In this document: in pieces, positions 50,698 to 60,842 of the stretch | Layout of the letters: every line of letters begins with the position of its first letter | Position numbering within the stretch: position 1 is the first letter of the stretch | Virus record (IMG/VR): IMGVR_UViG_3300046710_000261 | Location: 32,001-96,000 of that record | Source of the DNA: a virus | Lineage: Duplodnaviria > Caudoviricetes | Reading direction: 5' to 3' (one strand) | DNA: 64,000 nucleotides | Translations under genes and position numbers: made by a program | Notes under the pieces: generated by a model | Database searches by the model: none | The model's input: only the letters and a program-made list of their open reading frames with translations | What the model was told of the DNA's origin: nothing

Positions 50698-51945
50698 TTA
50701 CTTAGGGCAACAATCTACGCCGGCGTCTCGTCCATCACAGATTTGATGCTGTACTTCTGTCTGGCCCTTTTCCGTCTGGAAGAAAACCACGATCATCGTG
50801 GCATCGTATACACGAGATCCCCATGAGTGCGCAATACCAGTACCACCGCCACCCGTAAGGCCATTCTCTTTCTCAGATCCACTTAATTGACTTTGCGTAT
50901 AGGCCAGTCCTAAACCAACCGTAGTTGAACTTGGCTCAGTCAGTTCGTTTTGGGTCAGGATAACAAATGCATTCCGACCACTCTGCATGGTAAGAAGTGC
51001 TGCTGTACCTACTAAATCGTCCGTAACTCCAGGCTCTCCAAAAAGCCATGGTTGCTTTGTGCGTAAATAGGCACGACCAATCAGCTTTGCATCCACAGGA
51101 ATATAGCTCAAGCGATTCACATAGTCAAACTCATACTTAAGCTCAACCGTCATTCTAACAGTAGACTGCACTGTACCCTTAACCAGCATCTTCGCATCTG
51201 CTTGGCAAAACTTTGTAGGAATACCAGAGGCATCCATCAATTCTTTCGGAAGAATAACCCAACCCTTGCCAGTGCCTTCATGTCTCTGAGTATTCATGGG
51301 ACCAGGCATCTCCAGATTATTCGTGAACTGTCTTCCCGTCCCAGGAGCAACCGCTGCCACGTTCTGAGTCAAAGACTGCTGAGGGGCAATCGTCTGGCCA
51401 TTATTCTGACCTTGAACTAAAGTAGGATTCATCGTTTGGGTATTGGTTTGTGTAGGTTTAACGATATTTACATTTTTAACATCGTTCTGTACGGCACCCG
51501 CTGCAATTGTGGAATTACCACTACCAACAATAGCTTGTCCCTGTTGCTGCTGTTGCTTCTGGCCCTGTTGCTGACCCTGAATATTGGTCATCTTCGGGTC
51601 AACGGTAATTTTCGGGTCAACGGTAACGGTGTTCTGCACTGCACCCTTCTGAATTGTAGCAGAAGGTGAAAAGTTCCCAATTCCATTACCAATATTATTG
51701 GTAGAGTTCCCGCTATCCCTTACAGAACCCCCTGTTGCTGATGCGTTTCCGCCTGTTAAGGTGTTAGTATTGGTAACGCTATTATTAGAATCCCCACCCT
51801 GGCCACCATTGCCGCCCTGGCCACCGTTGCCGCCCTGGCCACCGTTGTTTACTCCCCCATTGCCGATACCATTATCAGTAGCCAATGCAGGAATTGCGAA
51901 AATCAGCATTAACGCAAAAACCAATAAAACAATTTTCTTCAACAT
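50698..51945 (-). CDS. secreted Gly/Asn/Gln-rich protein
   Basis: Signal peptide MLKKIVLLVFALMLIFAIPALA; GGQGGN x3; poly-Q; start refined to 51945. Confidence 0.75.
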   Translation of the reverse strand: MLKKIVLLVFALMLIFAIPALATDNGIGNGGVNNGGQGGNGGQGGNGGQGGDSNNSVTNTNTLTGGNASATGGSVRDSGNSTNNIGNGIGNFSPSATIQKGAVQNTVTVDPKITVDPKMTNIQGQQQGQKQQQQQGQAIVGSGNSTIAAGAVQNDVKNVNIVKPTQTNTQTMNPTLVQGQNNGQTIAPQQSLTQNVAAVAPGTGRQFTNNLEMPGPMNTQRHEGTGKGWVILPKELMDASGIPTKFCQADAKMLVKGTVQSTVRMTVELKYEFDYVNRLSYIPVDAKLIGRAYLRTKQPWLFGEPGVTDDLVGTAALLTMQSGRNAFVILTQNELTEPSSTTVGLGLAYTQSQLSGSEKENGLTGGGGTGIAHSWGSRVYDATMIVVFFQTEKGQTEVQHQICDGRDAGVDCCPK

Positions 51946-52054
51946 GTTTTTTCTCTCCTTCATATTTTTTTTCGGGTTATTTTTATGTCTTACCCTTGAC
52001 AAATTTTACTATTGGTGACAATCAAATAATCACCCTTTCAATTATTCAATAACC

Positions 52055-52083
52055 ATTGTAGCATATTCTGATTGTATTGTAAA
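52055..52083 (-). promoter_or_regulatory. sigma70 promoter of the surface-protein island
   Basis: TTTACA-17-TACAAT with TG extension. Confidence 0.6.
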
Positions 52084-52114
52084 CATATTTTTTCAAGAAT
52101 TTTACAATTCATTA

Positions 52115-53110
52115 TTATTCTTCATCTTTCAATAAATAGTCGTTATTCAGAATCTTTACAGATAATCTTCTCTTCAAGGCTTCACTGAAGCGATTTATGG
52201 TAGGTCGAATGACAATTCCTTCCCTTCTGTTTTGCGTTCCCTGATAAACACCTTTTGCCATTTCCAAAAGTTGTTCAATCGTGTGATTAAAAATAAAAAT
52301 GTCGGCAAGAGGAACCATTGGTATCTCATATCTGGTACAGAAATCCCTTAATTCGGGAAAGTCAAAGTATTCTTGTTTGTCAATATCCCAAACATCGAAT
52401 ATAAAAATTTCATGGCTGGTAAGTTGCATTCTGTTTTTCTGAATTGAGGGACCGCAAATTTCGCCCTGGATAGCAATGTTTCCGGCATCCTTTAATACGT
52501 CTTCGATGTTGAATTTTTTTGCTATCTGCCAGTAAAGCAATTCGTTTGTTTCTTTGTATCCCCAATTGCGAGAGCAAATCCAAATGTCTCCATCTTTGTT
52601 TATAAATGAACTGCTTGTTCCATCACACTTTACGGTAGAATAACATTCCACCCCTCGAAATTCTTCAATTACACCAGGATAACTTTGAATCCGTGGTTCA
52701 TCGGTCCTGGAAACATAAGCAGGGAAATTGCCTTTGATCTGTCCACGTAAGGAAGCAGGAATGGGTTTCTCATAATGAATGATGCCAAGAATTTCTGAAA
52801 CGTCTGTGTCTTCCAGAAATAATACGTTATCGGTTTCAGGAAGAATAGACATAGGAAAGACAATTCCTTGAGATAGATTTCCGCGAAGTTTTACTGTTTT
52901 TATCCTGAATTTCTTGTTTCTCAAAAATTCAAATGCAGGATTGCTGTCAGGCAGAAGACTATCAATCTCCACAAAGCAAATCAAATCCCCCACAGAGAAT
53001 TCGTTTCTTTTCGTGACGATCTGCCATCCCAAAACTTTGACAACATCTAAGTTATCAGAATTTTCAGCGGGACGAGTATCAAGAATTTTTTGGATTGTTG
53101 CTTCTCTCAT
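52115..53110 (-). CDS. ATP-dependent RNA ligase, DRB0094/Rnl5 family
   Basis: N-terminal OB domain (EIDS, KLRGNLSQG), TDEPRIQ, KCDGTS (motif I), QGE, FD, REGIV and SVK. Confidence 0.92.
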   Translation of the reverse strand: MREATIQKILDTRPAENSDNLDVVKVLGWQIVTKRNEFSVGDLICFVEIDSLLPDSNPAFEFLRNKKFRIKTVKLRGNLSQGIVFPMSILPETDNVLFLEDTDVSEILGIIHYEKPIPASLRGQIKGNFPAYVSRTDEPRIQSYPGVIEEFRGVECYSTVKCDGTSSSFINKDGDIWICSRNWGYKETNELLYWQIAKKFNIEDVLKDAGNIAIQGEICGPSIQKNRMQLTSHEIFIFDVWDIDKQEYFDFPELRDFCTRYEIPMVPLADIFIFNHTIEQLLEMAKGVYQGTQNRREGIVIRPTINRFSEALKRRLSVKILNNDYLLKDEE

Positions 53111-53533
53111 ATCTTAAACACACTTTTAGGAATTTCTACTTTGAATGGTTTATATTCAACACATTGGGCATCGGCCCCGACGGGAGCAAAACTACAATTC
53201 CCTGGTCCCCATCCCCCACCCCACGGTGCGGGTTGTTTGCCCCTTCAGTCTTTATGAAAGCAGTCACCACTGACTTCTGCACTACATATGAACAGTTTTT
53301 CTTCTTTCACAATTATCCTTCTTTTATTTCTTCTGTCTCTGACAATTCAATCCAGTCTCCATAATCACCACATCTTCGAAGATAATCATGACCGCCATCA
53401 GCAGAAACCATACCACACTTGCAAGTTTGGAAATCGTGACGATGCTTGCTCTCAATAACATCGTCACAAAACTTACATTGTATCCTGTTACGGATAATTT
53501 TCATTTTCATTTTGCTACTAAAACATCCTTTCT

Positions 53534-53749
53534 TTAGACTTTCTGATAATCAAAATTGTCTTTGATCTGCTCATTGAAAAATACTCCAGCGGATTCTGAA
53601 AACATAAACTCTGTTACCAATCCCTTCGGAACATCAAAGTATTGGTAAGTGTCTCCGCTCTGGAAACTGATTTCCAAAGTCTTGTTTTCTACATCATAAC
53701 CCACATCTTCAATCAATGAAGAATCCATTTCATAACTAACATTAATCAT
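53534..53749 (-). CDS. KTSC-domain protein
   Basis: SSLIEDVGYD..LEISF.SG..YQY.DVP...ESAGVFFN. Confidence 0.9.
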   Translation of the reverse strand: MINVSYEMDSSLIEDVGYDVENKTLEISFQSGDTYQYFDVPKGLVTEFMFSESAGVFFNEQIKDNFDYQKV

Positions 53750-54534
53750 AACGTCCTCCTATATTTTTTCTTTTGTTCTTCTTCCTTTATTCCTTCTTGG
53801 ATTTTGAACGCCTCTATTGCTTCATTACATTCATTTTCAGTCTTCCCGCACGGGCAAGCCCATTTTCTTTTCAATTCTTCTCTCGCGCGATTTCTTATTT
53901 TGTTTCCCCAAAGTATGTTTATCAATTCAAATATCATTTTATTCCAACTCCATAGGTATTTCTGCAAGGTCTTTTTCTACATCTTTTATTCTATTCTTGG
54001 GTAATTCCTTATTCTCATCAAGATATTTTTTTATAGCACCCGATATTGCACTTCGAGTTTTTTGGGAAGGAAAAGAAACTCTGCTCGCCTCTCGGGGAAT
54101 TTTGAAAAAGGTCAACCCAACAGAAAAACCAATTCTCTGTTTTGTCTCTCGTATCTCTGCTGCGTCTCCATTTCTGCCATTTTTAAGTTTGAAAGAAATA
54201 GTTGCCTGACCAGCATAAGTAAATCGTTTATATGTCTCATACCCGATGCCTGAAAATATCAACATACTCTTTTCATCTATCGGTATATATGGTATGCCTG
54301 TAACAGAATATTTTATCATTTTACACCATCACGATATTCTTTTATTTTTTCATCAGCAATTATTCTTGCTTTTGTATCATGGAATGTTCTATTGCTTTTA
54401 CATCGTGAGCATCCACCATGGTTACAGCAGGAACTATCAAAATTTCTGCTATCAAAACCAGGATAGGCCGTTCTCCAATCTTTTCTGTTAGGATATAAAT
54501 TGTAAAAACCCATATACTACCTTCCTATTTTATT

Positions 54535-54563
54535 ATTATACCATAAACAAAGTAAATTGTAAA
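54535..54563 (-). promoter_or_regulatory. sigma70 promoter
   Basis: TTTACA-17-TATAAT directly after the tRNA-Ser CCA. Confidence 0.7.
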
Positions 54564-54650
54564 TGGAGGAAGAGGCGGGATTTGAACCCGCAAAGGTTTT
54601 ACCCCTGACAGTTTTCGAAACTGTTTGGCCTACCAAATGCCCACCCTTCC
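54564..54650 (-). tRNA. tRNA-Ser(CGA), CCA encoded
   Basis: Acceptor GGAAGGG/CTCTTCC, anticodon stem ACAGT/ACTGT with loop TT-CGA-AA, long variable arm, GCGGG-TTCAAAT-CCCGC. Confidence 0.9.
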
Positions 54651-54873
54651 TTAATTTTTCAGGGCCAACGCTTGGCCGATCTTCAATTCTTTGATGAGAA
54701 TGATTTGCTCCCAAGTAAAATATTCTGAGAGTTCTTTTCGATGAACAATAATGTTTTCAATTTCTCGGCACTCGCTATCAATGGTGCGTTTCCAAAATTC
54801 ATCTTCTCCATGTCTTCTTACAGTTCTTCTTCTGTTTTCTGGTATCATTGTCTTTCTCCCTCTCCTATTTTAT

Positions 54874-55095
54874 TTATATCTCTGAAGTCAATTTTTCAAT
54901 TTCTTTCTTGAAATCATCAAATGGGTCAACCAAAGACCTTTTCGTCTTTATGAATTGGATATGTTGACACTCTATCCGCTTGAATATCCATTTCGGACAG
55001 GAACACCCATAATTACCATTACGGTCAATAGCAACGGTCCGGATGCTATCTGTACCTTCAACTTGCCACCTTTGTACCCATCTATCTCTCCGCAT
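54874..55095 (-). CDS. SWIM zinc-finger protein
   Basis: CSCP.W....C.H motif. Confidence 0.75.
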   Translation of the reverse strand: MRRDRWVQRWQVEGTDSIRTVAIDRNGNYGCSCPKWIFKRIECQHIQFIKTKRSLVDPFDDFKKEIEKLTSEI

Positions 55096-57410
55096 TTTTT
55101 TCTCTCTTACACTTTAGCATTCTGATGAACTGCACTTCAAAGAATGCATTTCCCGCCGTTTTCATATCTTCGGTCATATAAATCTTGAGTGATCTATCAC
55201 GGAGTTTTTCTATACCCCATTTCTGCTTTCCGAAAACATTGTATAAAAGAAACATTTCCAGAAATCTCAGCCTCTTTGCTTTGGGTATTCTTCTGATCTG
55301 TTTTCGATCTAATAAATTTCGTGAGATAAACATTTTATTTTCCTTCCTTGGTTAGAATGTTATTCCAGGCTCTTGCTTTTTCCATTCTTTCCTGGATTTC
55401 ATATCGCGTGATTTCGAGAATTTTCTCACAAGTCTCTTCTGCCAGACAAAGATTGCCGCCCAATAATCCCAAAAGATATTCAATCTTCAACTCTGACACC
55501 ATGGTGTCTTTATTGGTGAGATTGGCCTCTCCAAAATCATCGACAAGTTTACATGTGCAGATGGCCAGTTGATTTATCGCTATTTGCAAGCGGGAAATTC
55601 GAGCGTGAATTTTTATTGGATTTTTCTTGGATATTCGCATTTTATTACTTCCTCCAAAATCAAATTATTTCGCTCTGCCAGATCATTCCGAAATTGGTCA
55701 AGGTCAATTATGTTATTCTTTGAATCGCGGAGTACCCATCGACCAGCCATGTCATTTCCATTGGGTGTTTGGCCAAATTCTCGGCGCATTATAGTCAATC
55801 CACTATCTGAAGTATATATGCTGTCGGATACATGCTTCAAAATTATTTTATCCATATTTCCTTCCTTAAATGTAGTTCAATGCCAGCAACCAAGAGGGCA
55901 AACCGTGTTGGCAATGTCCATCAGGTTCGACCTTGCAACCATCAAGGGCCTTTGCCACACCGTCAAAGGACCATTTTTCCAGGGTCTTGAGGGTAGGCGG
56001 CTTCTTACAAACAATGGGTTTCACGGCGAAGGCATGCGCCACGGCGTATTGTTCAAGGGTAACATCTTCTTTCAACTTCCTGACACCGCGTTCAGCAGAA
56101 TAAACGTACATTTTTATTTCCTTTCATTCCATTTCAATAATGCTTCCATTTCCATATGCTCTTGTGTTCCTTTGGCATAAATCCAAGGGCCACATGCGCC
56201 ACATTCAACACAAATTACATTGACGGGTGTTCCTTCTCTGTCTGGGGTGCCAAATTGATAATCAATATTGGTTTTTTTACAAAATGGACATTTTTTTACT
56301 TTCATTTTTACCTTCTCTCCCATCCAATTCTTTTTGAGGCAGCGACATAGGCATCATTATCTTGATCTCGGAGTTCAGACAGCCTTTTCAGCCAATACGG
56401 TCCTGTCTCTCCCATAAACCATTTATCACCCACAGGGGCGAAGCGAACACGGCCAAGAAGTTGTTCAACGTCAAGGCTGTCAATATATTCCTTATTTTCT
56501 TTAGTCAAGTCCATTTTTACTTTCCTTCCTTTACACAAAATTGATCTGACAAATACCATCCACTATTTACAAATTTGACCAGGCCGAAAATTTCAGCCTC
56601 CCGCAGAGAACCATGAGAATTTGGCCTCCAGCCTTTTCCTTTCAGAGCAATGGCATCAAGACCAGGATTTTTACTTATGATGGAGAGCATCTTTTCATAT
56701 TGAATTTTGTATTCCCATCGGCCATCACGCTTACCCCATAAATTAAGCAAGGTCTGAAGGTCTTTGTGAGTATGGCAAAAAATTCTCTGAACACCCGAAT
56801 CACCCTTTACGGTATGTTTCCAAGTATAGAAAAATTCTCGCAGACTTAATTCGAGTGCTTCCCTTTCCAAGAAAGTGTAGGTCACTCCAGCTTCGATGTA
56901 ATGTTTTTCGTACATTATTTTCCCCTACTTTTGTTTTCGTTTATAATTGCCATGTATCCTTCAAACATCGCATCTTCGGGAGTAGATATTCTTTCACCCA
57001 CACAAAATTCCTTCAACCACCACCAAATCAATCCGGAAATCTTTTTCACTTTTTTCTCCTATTCAATCCGCGCATCGAAGGCCATGCTGATAACTGGCTC
57101 GGTATAACTGACAGATACTTTCTTTCCTACAATGTCTTCTTTCTTGAAATCAATGAGACCAGGCTCATCAAAGAAACTGAATTTGATGCGTTCATCCATC
57201 CCATCTTCATCCACGCAAACATGAACATCTTCTTCCTTGTCATATTCTTTCACGAAAAAATACTGTCTCATTTTATTCATTCCTTTTCAAATATGCTTTG
57301 TGACAAATCTTTTTGTGTGATTGCCATTCCCATTTGGGAATGAATTTTCGACAACCTTTACACCACCATGTATATTTTCTTTTCAGCCCTTTGCCTTGCA
57401 TTTTTTTCTC

Positions 57411-57749
57411 TTATCTGTAAATGACAAATTCTTTTTCTGCTAAAGGAACCAAACCAAATTGTTTCATGACTGATTTCCACGGCCTTCCATGTCCCCAATA
57501 TTTTCGGTCAATCCAAGTTTTACAATGGGCAACTTCATGGGCAATTGTGTCTTCGATTTCTTCGGGATGAAGTCTAAGATGAAATCTTGAGACCTGGATA
57601 GCAAGAAAATTTCCAATTTTCCAGGTTGTTCCCCATGCATGGGGAAGTTTTCTGGTAATTCCAAAACGGATTCTTGAAAGGGGAAGTCCTGCGATTTCCA
57701 TGTACTCTTCAAAAGCCTTTTCGATTTCCTTGTCAATTGTCATTTTCAT
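57411..57749 (-). CDS. SprT-like zinc metalloprotease
   Basis: TIAHEVAH and HGRPWK motifs. Confidence 0.85.
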   Translation of the reverse strand: MKMTIDKEIEKAFEEYMEIAGLPLSRIRFGITRKLPHAWGTTWKIGNFLAIQVSRFHLRLHPEEIEDTIAHEVAHCKTWIDRKYWGHGRPWKSVMKQFGLVPLAEKEFVIYR

Positions 57750-57755
57750 ATATAG

Positions 57756-57816
57756 ATTATAACAAATTTTGAAAGTATTGTCAAGAAAAATCTTTCATAA
57801 TGATTTCAAGAGGTTG
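57756..57816 (-). promoter_or_regulatory. sigma70 promoter with IHF-like box
   Basis: TTGACA(57779-57784)-17-TATAAT; TTTCAAGAGGTTG at 57804-57816, 19 nt from -35. Confidence 0.8.
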
Positions 57817-58067
57817 GATAGTAAAATAGGTAGGTAATTTTATTGAGGTTTTTTGTATTGTGGGGTAATGGTTTTGTATTACCCCACCAAGAAAGTCCAG
57901 CCACAGGGCAATTTTGAGCGATTTTTGGTATCTTTAAGGGAAAACCATGCATGACCCGATCAAATAGAGTATACCGAAAATAACCAAACCTAAAAAACAT
58001 CCCCACAAAAATTTTAGGCCACTTACACCGTTTGCCATTTTTATCCTTTTTACCTTTTCTGCCCTTT

Positions 58068-58679
58068 TTATTCAAACCAGACTGAAAGTACCAGATTTTT
58101 CTCTTTCTCCAATGTTTCGGCTTTCGGTGAAAAATCCTCTTTCCAGTTGTTTTCTTTCTTTCCAAAAAAAGTTTCGGGATTTGGTTTCCTTTTCCCATTT
58201 GTCAGGGCAATTTTTAAACTCGTTTCTCCATGTTCCAATTGTGTCAGGATGCAGCAACCCAAGAGAAATTTTTTGACAACCCTTTTCAGAACGGTAAAGG
58301 TAATATTGTACCCGAAGAAAAAAGTGTAACCACGTTCAAAGTCTCCCCTCTTATCGGTGATTGAAACTTCCAAGCAAAGAGGAAAGCCGATGGTATTTGC
58401 ATAACTTGCACGAGAAGACCATGGACCTTTCAATACCTTTTCGCCCTCTTTGGTTTTGATGGTAAAAGAAGAACCACCAAATCCATTGCGATTTTTATCA
58501 CTCCCGTCATGGGAATAAAATTTCACCCATCCCTCTTTGTTACGAGCAAACCAAAGACCTTTATTATACCGATAAAGAAAATCGGCATTGTTAGGAAATT
58601 CATCCACCAGAAGCATGAGCCGTGGGGAATTATCCCATTTCTCTGCCCAATCCATTTTTGCATCAAGAATTTTTGCCAT
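58068..58679 (-). CDS. conserved phage hypothetical protein
   Basis: GFGGSSF..LKGPWSS motif; GGAG SD. Confidence 0.65.
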   Translation of the reverse strand: MAKILDAKMDWAEKWDNSPRLMLLVDEFPNNADFLYRYNKGLWFARNKEGWVKFYSHDGSDKNRNGFGGSSFTIKTKEGEKVLKGPWSSRASYANTIGFPLCLEVSITDKRGDFERGYTFFFGYNITFTVLKRVVKKFLLGCCILTQLEHGETSLKIALTNGKRKPNPETFFGKKENNWKEDFSPKAETLEKEKNLVLSVWFE

Positions 58680-58693
58680 TATTTTTTCTCCTA

Positions 58694-59125
58694 TTATCTC
58701 ACCTTTTCGGAAGTATAATTTCCCCTGATTTCCCGATGGTAAAAACTACCAGCAGAAGAGGCGGAAAGTAAATCTTGGGCAAGGTACAAGGGAACATCTG
58801 AATATTTGTAAGATGCACCGCTGATGAAATTGATAATCAATTCAACTTTGGGAGAATCCACATTGGGTTGTGGCCTGTCATCAAATTCCACTGATTGAAT
58901 GTTAGACGACTCGACTCCATAAATCATCCTTCTCGGCGTTCTCTGTGCTTCAGCAATGGTCAGGCCAGTAATTAAAGCGAAAACACTATCCGATTGCGTT
59001 TTGATCCCCCCAATGATGTTCCTGAGTTTTTCATCATCATTTATTGGGGTATTATCCAATTCATCCAAAAGACTTCTGATGGTTTCCGATACGTTGAGAA
59101 TTTTTCCAGCTTCTTTGATCTTCAT
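58694..59125 (-). CDS. KTSC-domain protein with N-terminal helical extension
   Basis: VESSNIQSV..LIINF.SG..YKY.DVP...ASSAGSFY..IRG. Confidence 0.85.
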   Translation of the reverse strand: MKIKEAGKILNVSETIRSLLDELDNTPINDDEKLRNIIGGIKTQSDSVFALITGLTIAEAQRTPRRMIYGVESSNIQSVEFDDRPQPNVDSPKVELIINFISGASYKYSDVPLYLAQDLLSASSAGSFYHREIRGNYTSEKVR

Positions 59126-59560
59126 TTTTATCCTTTCTTATTCACCGATCTGAATGTTTTGGTTCAATGACAGGAAGGTACGCAACATCTTATCATTATC
59201 GGTAAGAATTTGAAATTGCGTATATCTATTGCATCCACCAGTATAATCCTTCATATTCGTGATCGTTCGATAGAGAATATTGTACTGTGGATTGCTGTGG
59301 AACTGATCTTTGTTCATCGTGATATAAATCCCATTGCCTTCACTCCACATACCCATAAGGGTAAGATCACCAGAGCAGGCAGGGCCAGCATGATTGAAAC
59401 GAACATCAAATTCCTTCAATTCCAGCACAGAGGCCAATTCCCGCATGGCCTTTTTGCCCGTCCGGCAAAATCTTCGCTTCAATTCAGAATTGTGGTAGGG
59501 GTCTTCATTACTCAACATCAGGGCAGATAATTTTTTCAGACTATCCATCATTTTCCTTTC

Positions 59561-60112
59561 TTATGAAAGAATTTGTGAAAGAACCTTTGCGGTCCTTTTA
59601 TCGGTTTTTTTGCTGAATTGCATATTGGTTATGCTGATAGGTGAAGAAACATTTTTTTGGGTATTTTCAAAGGGCTTATTCCAATGACCGATGTTCAGAT
59701 GCATGTAGAAATTGCAATTGAAATAATCGGTTTGAATATCAGACTTGTCCCAATGATATTGACCGATAATCGCGTATGTCCTTCTCATTGCAGTCCAGGC
59801 TTTATGGGTTAGTGGAGTACCATTACAAAATGGATCATGTTCATCATACTCATCCCTTAATTGGTATTGGTTCAATTGAGCATATCCTTTTTCTTGGAGG
59901 TATTCAATAGTCTTTTTGTGATCTTCACTGGTAGGATTGAATCGGGAAATGTCATACCGAAACACATCAAAGGGGGCTTTCATCAAGGAAACATGAAGAG
60001 ATTGACCCATAGAGTATCTTTGAATGGTAACAGAAAACGTGGCTTTCGGAAATTCCCTTTTGAGTTGATTTCTGACTTTCAGCGCGATTTCTTTGATGCC
60101 TGTGTATTCCAT
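59561..60112 (-). CDS. LPD29-like (large polyvalent protein-associated) domain protein
   Basis: A..VR..LK..FP...FSV...YS.G.S and D.SD.QTDYF motifs. Confidence 0.6.
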   Translation of the reverse strand: MEYTGIKEIALKVRNQLKREFPKATFSVTIQRYSMGQSLHVSLMKAPFDVFRYDISRFNPTSEDHKKTIEYLQEKGYAQLNQYQLRDEYDEHDPFCNGTPLTHKAWTAMRRTYAIIGQYHWDKSDIQTDYFNCNFYMHLNIGHWNKPFENTQKNVSSPISITNMQFSKKTDKRTAKVLSQILS

Positions 60113-60296
60113 TTTTTACTCCTTCACGATTTCAAATTGAATGGCAGATACTTCGCGTTCATCATATTGCCCAGCAAATAAAAACTCTCCGGTATTAGCA
60201 ACAGAAAAACCATCCTTCTCCAATTTTTCTCTTACGATTTTTTCTACTTCTTCGATAGACAATACGATTTTCATTTTTTCCTCACTTTCTAAATTT

Positions 60297-60325
60297 ATTA
60301 TACCAAATTTTGGTTTCTGTGTCAA
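60297..60325 (-). promoter_or_regulatory. sigma70 promoter (duplicated cassette 1)
   Basis: TTGACA-17-TATAAT then AGAAAGTGAG leader. Confidence 0.8.
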
Positions 60326-60593
60326 GTCTTTTTTTTAGATATTTTCCCCCGCTCTCATTTCTATAATTTCATTGTCAAGATTATCAATTTTTTTTTGTTG
60401 TTCATCCACCAATTTTTTGAAAGATTTTCTTAACCTATTGATTCTTTTATCTAATATTTCAATGTCTCTTACTTCATTTCCAGAAAATTCGGAAATTGAG
60501 GTGATTGTTTCTTGCCTGTAATCTTCTAACAACATATTGTATTTATTCATCAATTTTTTGTTTATGTCCACTTTTCCCTCACTTTCTAATATC

Positions 60594-60622
60594 ATTATAC
60601 CAAAATTTTGCTTGCCTGTCAA
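60594..60622 (-). promoter_or_regulatory. sigma70 promoter (duplicated cassette 2)
   Basis: TTGACA-17-TATAAT then AGAAAGTGAG leader. Confidence 0.8.
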
Positions 60623-60659
60623 GTCTTTTTTTCATTTTTCTTCAAATTATTTTGGGGTA

Positions 60660-60720
60660 TAACTTCTTGAAATCATTATGAAAGATTTTTCTTGACAAAA
60701 TATTCAATTTTTGGTATACT
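60660..60720 (+). promoter_or_regulatory. rightward sigma70 promoter with IHF-like box
   Basis: TAACTTCTTGAAA(60660-60672)-19-TTGACA-17-TATACT then AGAAAGTGAG. Confidence 0.8.
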
Positions 60721-60813
60721 AGATAATAGAAAGTGAGAGAAAATGTTTTTAGAAATTATGTTTTATTGCTTTTTGATCAATGTAATATTTTTTGAAATTG
60801 GCAAAAAAATTTC

Positions 60814-60842
60814 TTGACATTGCATTTTTTGTATGGTAGAAT
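60814..60842 (+). promoter_or_regulatory. rightward sigma70 promoter
   Basis: TTGACA-17-TAGAAT with TG extension. Confidence 0.75.

Noticed and set aside
54517-54714. ORF spanning tRNA-Ser, and the N-terminus of ORF 97..333 overlapping tRNA-Thr
   Set aside because: These are translations of canonical tRNA genes with no downstream domain depending on them, unlike the mom case; 97..333 probably starts after the tRNA
246-60338. Numerous plus-strand ORFs in the track left of 60.7 kb (e.g. 5177..5830, 9416..9934, 55569..56180)
   Set aside because: Antisense shadows of well-supported minus-strand genes; Phe/Ser/Ile-rich, no motifs, no SD or promoter support
60275-60622. Similar N-termini MTQKPKFGIINLESE / MTGKQNFGIMILESE suggesting paralogous proteins
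   Set aside because: Artefact of the ORF caller starting at the TTG of the -35 box; the similarity is the duplicated promoter cassette and the real starts are downstream
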